DNA of 64,000 nt from a virus: the IMG/VR virus record IMGVR_UViG_3300028027_000001. The stretch is one strand, 5' to 3'. Positions 39,269 through 48,405 of this stretch are shown here, one piece after another. Positions within the stretch are counted from its first letter, which is position 1. Each line of letters opens with the position of its first letter. The position numbers and the translations under genes were made by a program. The notes beneath the pieces were generated by a model. That model saw nothing but the letters and a program-made list of their open reading frames with translations, was not told the origin of the DNA and made no database searches.

Positions 39269-39775
39269 TTAACGTTCTCTAGTTATTTGCACACGATCCG
39301 CAGATGTAAGATGTGCTTTGACAATGATAGATAAATTAGTACCAAATTCTTCCAATCCTGGATTAAGTGGGTTTTGGTTGTATGGGTATTCTGGGTCTTT
39401 ACCAACAAATAATTGGTTATCGTTTATGTTATCTACTTCAAAGTAGCTTTCTTGGTACAGAATGATATCACCCACCTCAGGAACTAGATTTGCTTCTACT
39501 AAGTCATCACGGAAGAAACGGAACTCCATTTCACGGAATGAATCTACCCCCATATCTCCAGATGTTTGGGATTTGTCACCACGTTGGATTAGTGCATTAA
39601 CTAATACCGGGTCAAAATAAAAACGATCACCGGATGCCTCCCCATATATGTTTATTTTGGTTTGGTTTAGTTTAAGTTTGTACACAGCACATTGTTGTGT
39701 AACCACATCCCACAATAATTCACGGTTAATGTGTCTGAAAAATGAAATATCTCTTTGCGATCCAAAAATTGCCAT
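39269..39775 (-). CDS. Neck / head-closure protein (T4 gp14-like)
   Basis: NIYGEA, PEVGDIILY...FEV; follows a gp13-like gene. Confidence 0.75.
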   Translation of the reverse strand: MAIFGSQRDISFFRHINRELLWDVVTQQCAVYKLKLNQTKINIYGEASGDRFYFDPVLVNALIQRGDKSQTSGDMGVDSFREMEFRFFRDDLVEANLVPEVGDIILYQESYFEVDNINDNQLFVGKDPEYPYNQNPLNPGLEEFGTNLSIIVKAHLTSADRVQITRER

Positions 39776-39786
39776 AACTTAATGTA

Positions 39787-40938
39787 TTACCCGATAAATA
39801 TATTCATTGGTACCTGTGCTATTGTGTCGTTTTGGAATTTTGCTTCGTTTGCTTTTTTCTCCATTAAGTTAGTACGTGATGTTGAATCTAAATAGGCACG
39901 TAAACGTTCAATCAATGCATTTTTCTCTGCAGTAGCCGCGTTAATCAAATCACTTTGATTTAATGTCACTTCAGCTCCTGGTATTGGTGTGGTTGAATAT
40001 TTTCCTCTAACGTATCCTAGTATTTCTTTAACTATTGCTAATGCATATTCGAATATCCATTGTCTACCAATTGAGTTAATTTGGGAGTAATTTGGATTAT
40101 TATATGGTACATTAGATACGTTAGTAATTATGCTAGTACCATTCCTATCAACATATGGTTGATTGCGATCATTAGTTAATATATAGTGGAAGAATAATGA
40201 ATGGAACCCTGTTGTTGTAGGTATAGGAAATACCCTTAATTTATTGTTTACTAATTCAAATGTATATTGGGACTTACGAATTTGATCATTTAGTTCAATT
40301 GCTTGAATTTTTTGCATATCATAATTCATAGGCATCAATAGAAAGTTGATAGCAGGTGAATATCCACCCCAACCAAAACTATCCATCATTTGCATCATAC
40401 CAGTACCCGTACCGGCGTAAGGATCAAAATAACGAGTAATTGCTGGGGATGCTTCATAAAACACACGTTTGATTTCAATAGGGCTGGTTATACCCTTTTG
40501 TTTTGCCCACTCATTTAAATCATACGTCTGCTGACTTGCATTAAGTGCAATCGAACCCGTATGATATTCAACAGTTCCACCAACACCTGCTTCTGTTCCA
40601 TACTGGTTTGAAAGGCGAACCATAGAAGCCAAATTATCCTGTACCAATTCATTATTTCCTGGGTTTATAGTTGTGGGCGCTCCTTGGAATGATAATAGAT
40701 TTTCAGCAACTTGGTAGGCATATAACTCGTTTCCGTATGTGGTAATGGCTTCTTCAAAAGCCGCGTAAAAGTTCAAATCTTGCAATTCTACTTCCATAAT
40801 CGGATAACCTAATCTACGTGAAGCAAATGTAGTAAATTTGTCCGAATCGGTTTGGAATTGGAAATCCGCATCGTAGAAACCAAATGGTGTTTTGCCAGGT
40901 GAGAAGGAGGAACTTCCTCCGTAAATTGGGATATTCAT
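39787..40938 (-). CDS. Neck protein (T4 gp13-like)
   Basis: RRLGYPIMEVELQD, WIFEYALAIVKEILG.VRGKY, IPG.EVTLN, C-terminal P..IFIG. Confidence 0.85.
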   Translation of the reverse strand: MNIPIYGGSSSFSPGKTPFGFYDADFQFQTDSDKFTTFASRRLGYPIMEVELQDLNFYAAFEEAITTYGNELYAYQVAENLLSFQGAPTTINPGNNELVQDNLASMVRLSNQYGTEAGVGGTVEYHTGSIALNASQQTYDLNEWAKQKGITSPIEIKRVFYEASPAITRYFDPYAGTGTGMMQMMDSFGWGGYSPAINFLLMPMNYDMQKIQAIELNDQIRKSQYTFELVNNKLRVFPIPTTTGFHSLFFHYILTNDRNQPYVDRNGTSIITNVSNVPYNNPNYSQINSIGRQWIFEYALAIVKEILGYVRGKYSTTPIPGAEVTLNQSDLINAATAEKNALIERLRAYLDSTSRTNLMEKKANEAKFQNDTIAQVPMNIFIG

Positions 40939-40942
40939 GGCG

Positions 40943-41389
40943 TTATGCGTTAATTAGTGTATATTCTATATCTGCATTACCTGTCATAGCATATGCTGAA
41001 ACGGATTGAATTGTATCACCGAATGAGCTTGAGAACATACTTGAGGTAATGTTTGGTGAAACAATAAATATGGATGATACAGGTAGCAATTCTTGTGTGT
41101 ATCCACCCTTCGATCCACTAACGGTAATAGCGATAGATGTTGCGTCGTCTAAATTAGATATACGCGCGTATTTTAAACTACTAGATGGGAATACACCCGC
41201 TCCCGGATTCACACCATTTAAATTGAATAAATCAACCGAAGTGGTAGCGGGGCAAGTAAGTATCCTGTGGTCAACGTTGCTTACGTTTGGAATAATGTAA
41301 GTGAGTTCGTTTTTGTTTACGCTGTTTCTTACTATTTGCTCCTCGATGATGTGTATCTTGAATGTAGTAGGTGTTAAGGTAGATGCCAT
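40943..41389 (-). CDS. Hypothetical virion protein
   Basis: KYARISNLDD; late motif at 41403. Confidence 0.65.
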   Translation of the reverse strand: MASTLTPTTFKIHIIEEQIVRNSVNKNELTYIIPNVSNVDHRILTCPATTSVDLFNLNGVNPGAGVFPSSSLKYARISNLDDATSIAITVSGSKGGYTQELLPVSSIFIVSPNITSSMFSSSFGDTIQSVSAYAMTGNADIEYTLINA

Positions 41390-41415
41390 TTTATTGTTTG
41401 TGTATAAATATAGAC

Positions 41416-41441
41416 AAAAATGGGCTCAGTTAAGAGCCCAT
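41416..41441 (-). terminator. Intrinsic terminator after the paralogous fibre pair
   Basis: ATGGGCTC/GAGCCCAT stem followed by a T-tract. Confidence 0.78.
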
Positions 41442-41444
41442 ATT

Positions 41445-42761
41445 TTATTGGTAATATTCGATTATGAAACGGAATTTGAAATCTGGTATTGTACCGTAGT
41501 CAAATTCCCCTCCAAATGGTCTGATATAGAATGATATATTTGATCCATATGCTAATTCAACTGGGTCATTTTCAAGTATATCTATTGTATCGCCGTTTGA
41601 GTTTACATAGCTAGTATCAAATGGGATTGGGTATGCTGGGTCTAGTGTTTTTTTACCTACAAGTGTACCATAACCTGATATGGCTGCATCTACGCTCATT
41701 CCAGGTCCAGCTGAAATTTCACCCCACAATGTACCTGGGTCGCCTATGTTTGTTGATGTATATGCTGTACTACCAGTTGATGGTGTTCCTGTAATTACAT
41801 TAGATGGGCTCAATTCATACATCGTATCACTACTCATATGGTTAAAACCTAAATATACTAATGGATCAGCAGGTGCGTAGTATTGAGCTGTACCTAATCC
41901 GTTTAATCGGATATATGTTTGGGTTCCGTTGTATGAATTGATGATGTTAGTATACACCTTAATTTTGCTGATGCCTTTCCACGATATGTCTGGGCAATAT
42001 CCTATATTAGCATATATACCAGATGTTTCGTATACTAATGGAGGGAAATTTTTGAAGTCTTCTCGGAAATCACCAGTAGGTAATCCTGAAACTATACCTA
42101 CATGAGTCCCATCCCACCCAATAACATATGGGTTAAATCCATCTTTGGATAACGCATCAATAGATATGGTTATATCTCCACTGTCATATTGTGCGGTAGC
42201 AGGAGCGGAAAATGTCCATTCACCTGGTAATGGGTTCTCAATGCAAATAAACTCATATGGCATTCCATCTGGTGGTAATATAGCAGGTGTATCTACCGGG
42301 TAATTGTTGATTTTACCACCAACATTGGATGGATAAACTGACAAAAATGAATTACTATTGTTTACAACGCGTACACTTTTACCAGTTGTTGGTTGTGGTA
42401 GTTTAGTTGCTCTGTTTGTTGTTGTTACATATTCAAACACGTTTACACCATACGAACATATGGATGTAGTTGCGGATGAAGTTGTACTTGCACTCAACGC
42501 AGCATTGACTGTATACAACGTGTCTGAAATGTTTAGTGACGCTGTTTGTGTTGTAGTTACAAATGATGCAGTGTCTGCACTAGTGATAAATGAACCTGTG
42601 TCTGTGCTAGATACGAATGAAGATGTATCCGCGCTGGTTAGGAATGAACCCGTTACCGCAATTAATGCGTTAACGGACCCAGTAAGGTATTCGAAATTAC
42701 CATCCAACTCATCGTGAGTTAATGGGGCTCCTTTGGTTGAGCGTAATGTTAAATTAGCCAT
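41445..42761 (-). CDS. Fibre/decoration protein, paralog B
   Basis: MANLTLRSTKGAPLTHDELDGNF N-terminus; paralog of 42765..44063. Confidence 0.72.
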   Translation of the reverse strand: MANLTLRSTKGAPLTHDELDGNFEYLTGSVNALIAVTGSFLTSADTSSFVSSTDTGSFITSADTASFVTTTQTASLNISDTLYTVNAALSASTTSSATTSICSYGVNVFEYVTTTNRATKLPQPTTGKSVRVVNNSNSFLSVYPSNVGGKINNYPVDTPAILPPDGMPYEFICIENPLPGEWTFSAPATAQYDSGDITISIDALSKDGFNPYVIGWDGTHVGIVSGLPTGDFREDFKNFPPLVYETSGIYANIGYCPDISWKGISKIKVYTNIINSYNGTQTYIRLNGLGTAQYYAPADPLVYLGFNHMSSDTMYELSPSNVITGTPSTGSTAYTSTNIGDPGTLWGEISAGPGMSVDAAISGYGTLVGKKTLDPAYPIPFDTSYVNSNGDTIDILENDPVELAYGSNISFYIRPFGGEFDYGTIPDFKFRFIIEYYQ

Positions 42762-42764
42762 AGT

Positions 42765-44063
42765 TTATTGGTAATATTCAATTATGAATCTGAATTTGAA
42801 GTCTGGGATGGTGTCGTAGTCAACATATTCTAGAGGGCATATCTGAAATGATATGTAAGATGAGTAGAATTTTTCTACTGTTGTGCCAACATATACAGGG
42901 TTAGAAAATGGGTAAAGTAAAGTACCCAATGATTTATTACCTATAAGAGTACCTTGCTCAGTATCTAAATTGACATTAGCTTCAACGTCTGAAAATGCTA
43001 CTTGCTCTCCCCACATTGTACCAGCATCACCTATATTTGCTGATGTATATGCTGTACTACCTGTTGATGGGGTTCCAGATATTGTATTGTTTAAATAGAG
43101 TCTAAATAAATTAATATTAAGTGCACTAGCACCATTAGTTATTATTGAACCGTCGGATATTTTGTAGTAATCTGCTTCCCCATTCCCTAACAATCTAACT
43201 TCAGTATATCCTACAGGGTCACCACCTTCATCCACTGTTGCTAATATATTTGTGTATACTTTGATTTTGCTAATACCTTTCCATGCGGTATCTGGTCTGA
43301 ATGCTAGGTAATAGTATCCGCCAGATGTTCTTTGTTGGATAGTACCTTTGTTTTTCCCATTGTACCCCCAAGTCTCACTATTAAAGCTATTTGCTAATCC
43401 AACATGAGATGCATCATATGCAGTAACAACGGGGTTGTATCCCTCTAATGTACCTGCAGTAACAGATATTTCTATTTCTCCACTATCGTATTGTCCAGTA
43501 GCGGGAGTTGAGAATGTCCATGCTCCTGGTAATGGGTTCTTGATACATATGAATTCATATGGCTTACCATCTGGAGGTAATATTGCTGGAGTATCTACCG
43601 GGTAGTTGTTAATGTTACCGCCAATATTAGATGGGTAAACATATAACAATGATGTGCTATTGTTGATTACAGTAACGCTTTTACCTGTGGTTGGTTGTGG
43701 TAATTTAGTAGCGAAATTAGTTGGAGTTACGTATTCAAATACGTTTACACCATATGAGCACACTGACGTAGTTGCTGATGATGTTATACTCGCGCTCAAC
43801 GCAGAATTAACTGTGTATAACGCGTTAGATATGTTTAACGATGCCGTTTGTGATGTGGTGACAAATGAACCTGTATCCGCGCTAGTAATAAATGATGCAG
43901 TGTCTGCACTGGTTAGGAATGATGATGTATCGGCACTAGTGATAAATGAACCGGTTGCAGCATTGATTGTATTAATTGAGCCCGTAAAGTACTCAAAGTT
44001 GCCGTCTAGTTCCTCGTGGGTTAATGGGGCTCCTTTTACAGAGCGAAGGGTTAGGTTTGCCAT
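42765..44063 (-). CDS. Fibre/decoration protein, paralog A
   Basis: MANLTLRSVKGAPLTHEELDGNF N-terminus; late motif at 44079. Confidence 0.72.
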   Translation of the reverse strand: MANLTLRSVKGAPLTHEELDGNFEYFTGSINTINAATGSFITSADTSSFLTSADTASFITSADTGSFVTTSQTASLNISNALYTVNSALSASITSSATTSVCSYGVNVFEYVTPTNFATKLPQPTTGKSVTVINNSTSLLYVYPSNIGGNINNYPVDTPAILPPDGKPYEFICIKNPLPGAWTFSTPATGQYDSGEIEISVTAGTLEGYNPVVTAYDASHVGLANSFNSETWGYNGKNKGTIQQRTSGGYYYLAFRPDTAWKGISKIKVYTNILATVDEGGDPVGYTEVRLLGNGEADYYKISDGSIITNGASALNINLFRLYLNNTISGTPSTGSTAYTSANIGDAGTMWGEQVAFSDVEANVNLDTEQGTLIGNKSLGTLLYPFSNPVYVGTTVEKFYSSYISFQICPLEYVDYDTIPDFKFRFIIEYYQ

Positions 44064-44098
44064 ATTTTAATGTTTACGTATAAATATGGACGAACATG

Positions 44099-44794
44099 TT
44101 AATCACGAAATTCTTCGTATATTTTAAGTATATCCTCTACTGCTTCGTGGCGATGGTTTTTCTTAAGAGTGACCACTTTAACGGTAGGTGTGCGTTCTTC
44201 TAGGCGATTGAAGAATGATATACCGGATTCTTTTTTGGAACGTAAATCTACCTGGGATATATCACCACAAAATACCATTTTTCCACCTTTACCCAAACGG
44301 CCTAAAATCATTTCGGTTTGTGGGTGAGTGATGTTCTGGCATTCGTCTACAATTACAAATGAATTTGGGAATGTACGGCCTCGCATGAATGCAAATGGTA
44401 CTACCTCAATTATACCGTCCGCAATTAACTTGTCGATTTTTTCCTTATCGTACAGCATGTATAGGTTGGCGTATATTGGTGCTAACCACGGGTCCATTTT
44501 TTCCTTTAAGTCGCCAGGAAGGAAACCAATGTCCTCTTTTGCTACGGTAGGTCGGGTGATGATTAGTTTTTCCATTTCCTTACGGAACACTAAATCGAGT
44601 GCTATTTGACACGCTAGTAATGTTTTACCTGAACCGGCCATACCCTTAATTAGGGTAACGGGTGTGTTTAGGATGATGTCTTTTGCTTCTTTTTGTTCCT
44701 CGTTAAGGGACATTTTGAATTTGATGGGTCCCTTAGGTTTGCGTTTTTCCTTGAATACATCTTGTGCTTCAGGAGTACGGTTATAGTCAGTCAT
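44099..44794 (-). CDS. phoH: PhoH-family ATPase
   Basis: GMAGSGKT, ITRP, IGFLPGDLKEKMDPW, FMRGRTF, IVDECQN, GDISQVD. Confidence 0.95.
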   Translation of the reverse strand: MTDYNRTPEAQDVFKEKRKPKGPIKFKMSLNEEQKEAKDIILNTPVTLIKGMAGSGKTLLACQIALDLVFRKEMEKLIITRPTVAKEDIGFLPGDLKEKMDPWLAPIYANLYMLYDKEKIDKLIADGIIEVVPFAFMRGRTFPNSFVIVDECQNITHPQTEMILGRLGKGGKMVFCGDISQVDLRSKKESGISFFNRLEERTPTVKVVTLKKNHRHEAVEDILKIYEEFRD

Positions 44795-44808
44795 ATAACT
44801 TGTTTTGG

Positions 44809-44841
44809 TATAAATATACTAAATGGTTGGTGGGTAGCCAA
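44809..44841 (-). promoter_or_regulatory. Composite host-type + late promoter upstream of phoH
   Basis: TTG-N18-AGTATATTTA overlapping ATATTTATA. Confidence 0.65.
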
Positions 44842-44843
44842 AT

Positions 44844-46547
44844 TTAAAGCACCATTTCAAATCTAGTAACACCACAATCCCATACTCGGTGGTAACCCAT
44901 GTTTCGCATTAGTTCTACCTCGGTATGGTTGTCAGTGTCCATACCCATTTTTTTGAGTACACCTTTATTGTAATTGAACCGGTGTTCCCTACTCATATAG
45001 TCTTTGGTATACCAGTAACCATGTTGTGATGTTGATACATGTTTAAAACCACAAGTTAAATATAAATTGTTTACAGGTGATGACCATCGGTTATCTGCAA
45101 ATGAATATATGTGTTGTGGGTTTACTTCACGGATAAAATGTTTGAGTAAACGCGATGCAGCACCAATTACATTGGTGTATTTTTTGTTACAGAATCGAAT
45201 GAGTTCCCATGTATCGCCATTGTTTACGTTTGTTTTACCTATTGCGGTACGTGGTTTTCTGAATGTCATTATGGATACCAGTTCGTTCTGGTAGTATAGT
45301 CCGTATTTGTAGAATGCTTGGTCGCGCCCCTGAATGTGGTTTTGGTCGAGGAATGTGTTTTTAATGTTTGGTGCCACATCACGTATTTCACATTTACGAG
45401 CAAATATAGTGGTGGTGTTTGCTTTTAGTTCGTTTTGTATTCGTGAATACACAATGTCTTTTTTGTTTAGTAATTCGTCCGAGAATATTTGTATGAGTTT
45501 AATGTTTAACTGGCTATATTTGGTATATAAATTGCGGGTATAGTTTTTTTCATATAACGTGCTGTCCTTCAAATCAACTACGTTGATACCCAATCCTAAA
45601 TCAGGTATATATATGTCTATTTCGCTATTGTAATTATGTAATATACTCCCGACATATAGACTGGATATATAGGATGTTAATTTAAATATATTTGGTTTAT
45701 GTTTGGTTAGTTCATGTTTGTATTGATTATGGATATGTTTTTGTGTTTCAATGTGGTTTAAATCATATTCTTTGATGGTGTTCTCTATTAATGATGTACC
45801 GTATTGCCATTTGTACCCACCACATGTTTTCTGTTTACCATTACAACATGCTCGAATGTCGGTGGAGTTAATGCGTATGCCTTGTTTAGCGTATTCTTTT
45901 TCGGCATAGTAGCTATTTGGGTATTCACGTATGAATGTACCTTCCAAGTCGTATTGCAATACGGTTTGTTGTTTGATTTTCACATTGTTTTGAAGTCCAG
46001 CTAGTATTTGTTGTATGTTGTCGTCATCCGACCACTGGAATATACAACCACGGAATGTTTTTTGTTTGGATTGATTGCATGACTGAATGATACCACCTGT
46101 GGTGTCTTTGATGTCCGGGAATAATATGGTTTTGGCTTGGGAGGGTGAATCGAATTTAGCTATGAATGTACCATCCAGTTTGTATACATTTACCGCACGT
46201 GTGTTTTTAATGGATGAAATGGACATTTTTTGTTTAGTAGTGGTTGATTTGTTGCCACCTTTACCGTCGTTTAACATGGTAAACATAGCTGAATCCCATC
46301 CGTATTGGTCTACGTGGGTTTGTTTATGATGTGCTTCACGTTCATCTAGTATGTCTGGGCTGCATTGTTCGAGTATCTCAAATGTGTGGTTAGCGATACC
46401 ATGATGTATGAGTGAATTATATAGTTGTGGTTGACCTTTGCAACGCAAATTTTGGTAGTGGTACCAACGTTTATCTATGTCAAGTGATTGACCGATATAT
46501 ATTTTATTGGTTGGTGATGTGATTTTATATATGCCTATTTTCTTCAT
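44844..46547 (-). CDS. GIY-YIG endonuclease + NUMOD1 repeats + degenerate Vsr-like domain + C-terminal GNAT-like domain
   Basis: GIYKITSPTNKIYIGQS; two NUMOD1-like repeats; EIDIYIPDLGLGIN; IFARKC...NHIQG...WELIRFC...GAASRLL...SFADNRW. Confidence 0.8.
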   Translation of the reverse strand: MKKIGIYKITSPTNKIYIGQSLDIDKRWYHYQNLRCKGQPQLYNSLIHHGIANHTFEILEQCSPDILDEREAHHKQTHVDQYGWDSAMFTMLNDGKGGNKSTTTKQKMSISSIKNTRAVNVYKLDGTFIAKFDSPSQAKTILFPDIKDTTGGIIQSCNQSKQKTFRGCIFQWSDDDNIQQILAGLQNNVKIKQQTVLQYDLEGTFIREYPNSYYAEKEYAKQGIRINSTDIRACCNGKQKTCGGYKWQYGTSLIENTIKEYDLNHIETQKHIHNQYKHELTKHKPNIFKLTSYISSLYVGSILHNYNSEIDIYIPDLGLGINVVDLKDSTLYEKNYTRNLYTKYSQLNIKLIQIFSDELLNKKDIVYSRIQNELKANTTTIFARKCEIRDVAPNIKNTFLDQNHIQGRDQAFYKYGLYYQNELVSIMTFRKPRTAIGKTNVNNGDTWELIRFCNKKYTNVIGAASRLLKHFIREVNPQHIYSFADNRWSSPVNNLYLTCGFKHVSTSQHGYWYTKDYMSREHRFNYNKGVLKKMGMDTDNHTEVELMRNMGYHRVWDCGVTRFEMVL

Positions 46548-46650
46548 GTAAATATACCTTATGTTCCGGTATAAATATACTAAAGGAACATAGGGGGGGC
46601 AAATATAAAGGGAAAATCAGTGATTATATGTGTGGATGAAGAGTAACGGG

Positions 46651-46685
46651 AAAAAAGAAGGGCGCCGAAACCGGCGCCCTTTTTA
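46651..46685 (-). terminator. Intrinsic terminator after the major capsid gene
   Basis: AAGGGCGCCG-GTTT-CGGCGCCCTT followed by CTTTTTT. Confidence 0.88.
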
Positions 46686-46712
46686 GCGTGAAATCTGCGA
46701 TTTTACGCGCGA

Positions 46713-48374
46713 TTAGATGCTTGCTAAGTCAGAAACAAACACTCTTCCGTAGAATTCCGGACGGATCATTTTCTTCGCGTAACGAGTCAATAGACCTTTT
46801 CTTGGTGTAAATGTTTCAGGATCGTATACAAGTGGCGTCATGATTAATGGAACGTAAGGCGCAAATACAGCTCCTGTTTCTAAGAATTGAGCACCTCTAT
46901 AACCCATCAAGATAACGTTTTCAGTCATGTATGGGTTTTTGTATACTGTGTAACGGTTGTTCAAGTTACCTGCTTTTTGGATACCAAAAGCGTAGCTTGC
47001 TTTAGTTACATCACCATCAGAAGATGAAGCAAATCCTGGGATTGACTCAAGGATTGTTGCTACAGCTGGAGAACATACCATGAAGTTAGCGCCACCTCTT
47101 AAAGTCTTTTGGTGAATTTTGTTAGATACTTTTTGGAATTTCGTTCCTAAAGTTTGGAACCATTGTCCTTGTGTGTTGTAGAAACCTAAGTTATCGTATC
47201 CAGTTTTAGCTGAATTTAATGACTTGTTGTTTACTGCTGACCAATACTCATCTGCTGCAGAAGCGTCTTGAATCAACATATCTAAGTTTTCTAAATCGAT
47301 TTCTAATGCGATGTACTCAGACATGATTGATGTTAATTCTGCTTCAGCATCTAATGATTGGTAAGCATTTAAATCTTGTGCGAACTCTGGAGTCCATTGT
47401 GCTTTCAACTTACGTGTTTTAGCAACGATAGCTTCTGATTTCAATTTGATATCGATAGATGGGATAGCTAATGTATCAGCAGCTTGTGCGTTTGCATATC
47501 CTCCACCAGCTTGGTCTTCGAAATCACCTCTGTTGTTATCAACTGGTTGTTGGTTGTACCATACAACGTTTCCAGCACCTGCAGCAGGAACGTCAGCTGA
47601 AGCTACAGCACCTACATAGATGAATGAAATGTTTGTTCCGTCTGTTTTAGTGAATTGAGGTAATACTTTAGCGTTTGTGTTTGGAGTCAATGTTGATCCA
47701 GAAGCTAATGTAAATGCTCTAACACCTTTCAAATCAGGACGTGTTAATGCAGAAGCAGCAACAGATACTTTTGTATAAGCACCAGCAGCAATAGATGCAG
47801 ATAATTCAGCAGCATAGTTAACGTCTGCCCAAGATGCAGTAGCAACTGTAGTTGCAGCAGAAGCTGAGAATTGATTAATTGTGTATCCGAAACGACCAGC
47901 ACCATATAAACCACCATTTGGATCGTTTGCAGCACCTGGGTTAGTAACACCGTATAATGAACCTGTTCCGTAGATATCACCTGCTGGTCCGAAGTTCAAT
48001 TTTTTGTTTTGTCCGAATGCGAAATCCAAGAAGAAAACTAGACCTGAAGGTAAGTTCATTGGTTGAACTGACATGAATTCTTTAGTTGATAAAGAACCGA
48101 ATACTTTACGTACTAATGGTAAAGCTACTCCTGCCCATTGCTCACCTTGTCCTACTGAAAATGTAGCACCACCTTGGTTTGTTGAGTTAGATTCCATAAC
48201 CAATTGTTTAGCTTGGTTTTCAAGAATCATTGCCATGTTGTTTTTTTCAATTTCTGAGTTAACACCCTCTAAAAGGCCTGTTTTACCCCATTTTGCAGCC
48301 ATTCTTGCTGCATCACTTTGCAAGTTTTTCCAACCTGCAGCTGAACTTTCTAATAAGTCGTTAATTGTTGACAT
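46713..48374 (-). CDS. Major capsid protein (T4 gp23-like)
   Basis: PLVRKVF, SVQPMNLPSGLVFFLD, AKTRKLKAQWTPEFAQDL.AY, FAPYVPL, FTPRKGLLTRY. Confidence 0.97.
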   Translation of the reverse strand: MSTINDLLESSAAGWKNLQSDAARMAAKWGKTGLLEGVNSEIEKNNMAMILENQAKQLVMESNSTNQGGATFSVGQGEQWAGVALPLVRKVFGSLSTKEFMSVQPMNLPSGLVFFLDFAFGQNKKLNFGPAGDIYGTGSLYGVTNPGAANDPNGGLYGAGRFGYTINQFSASAATTVATASWADVNYAAELSASIAAGAYTKVSVAASALTRPDLKGVRAFTLASGSTLTPNTNAKVLPQFTKTDGTNISFIYVGAVASADVPAAGAGNVVWYNQQPVDNNRGDFEDQAGGGYANAQAADTLAIPSIDIKLKSEAIVAKTRKLKAQWTPEFAQDLNAYQSLDAEAELTSIMSEYIALEIDLENLDMLIQDASAADEYWSAVNNKSLNSAKTGYDNLGFYNTQGQWFQTLGTKFQKVSNKIHQKTLRGGANFMVCSPAVATILESIPGFASSSDGDVTKASYAFGIQKAGNLNNRYTVYKNPYMTENVILMGYRGAQFLETGAVFAPYVPLIMTPLVYDPETFTPRKGLLTRYAKKMIRPEFYGRVFVSDLASI

Positions 48375-48405
48375 TTGTGTGTTTTTGTTTTAGTTTAAAA
48401 TTAAA

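Noticed and set aside
41445-44063. Diversity-generating retroelement template/variable repeat pair
   Set aside because: Both copies are complete ORFs, differences are not confined to adenines, and no reverse transcriptase is in the window.
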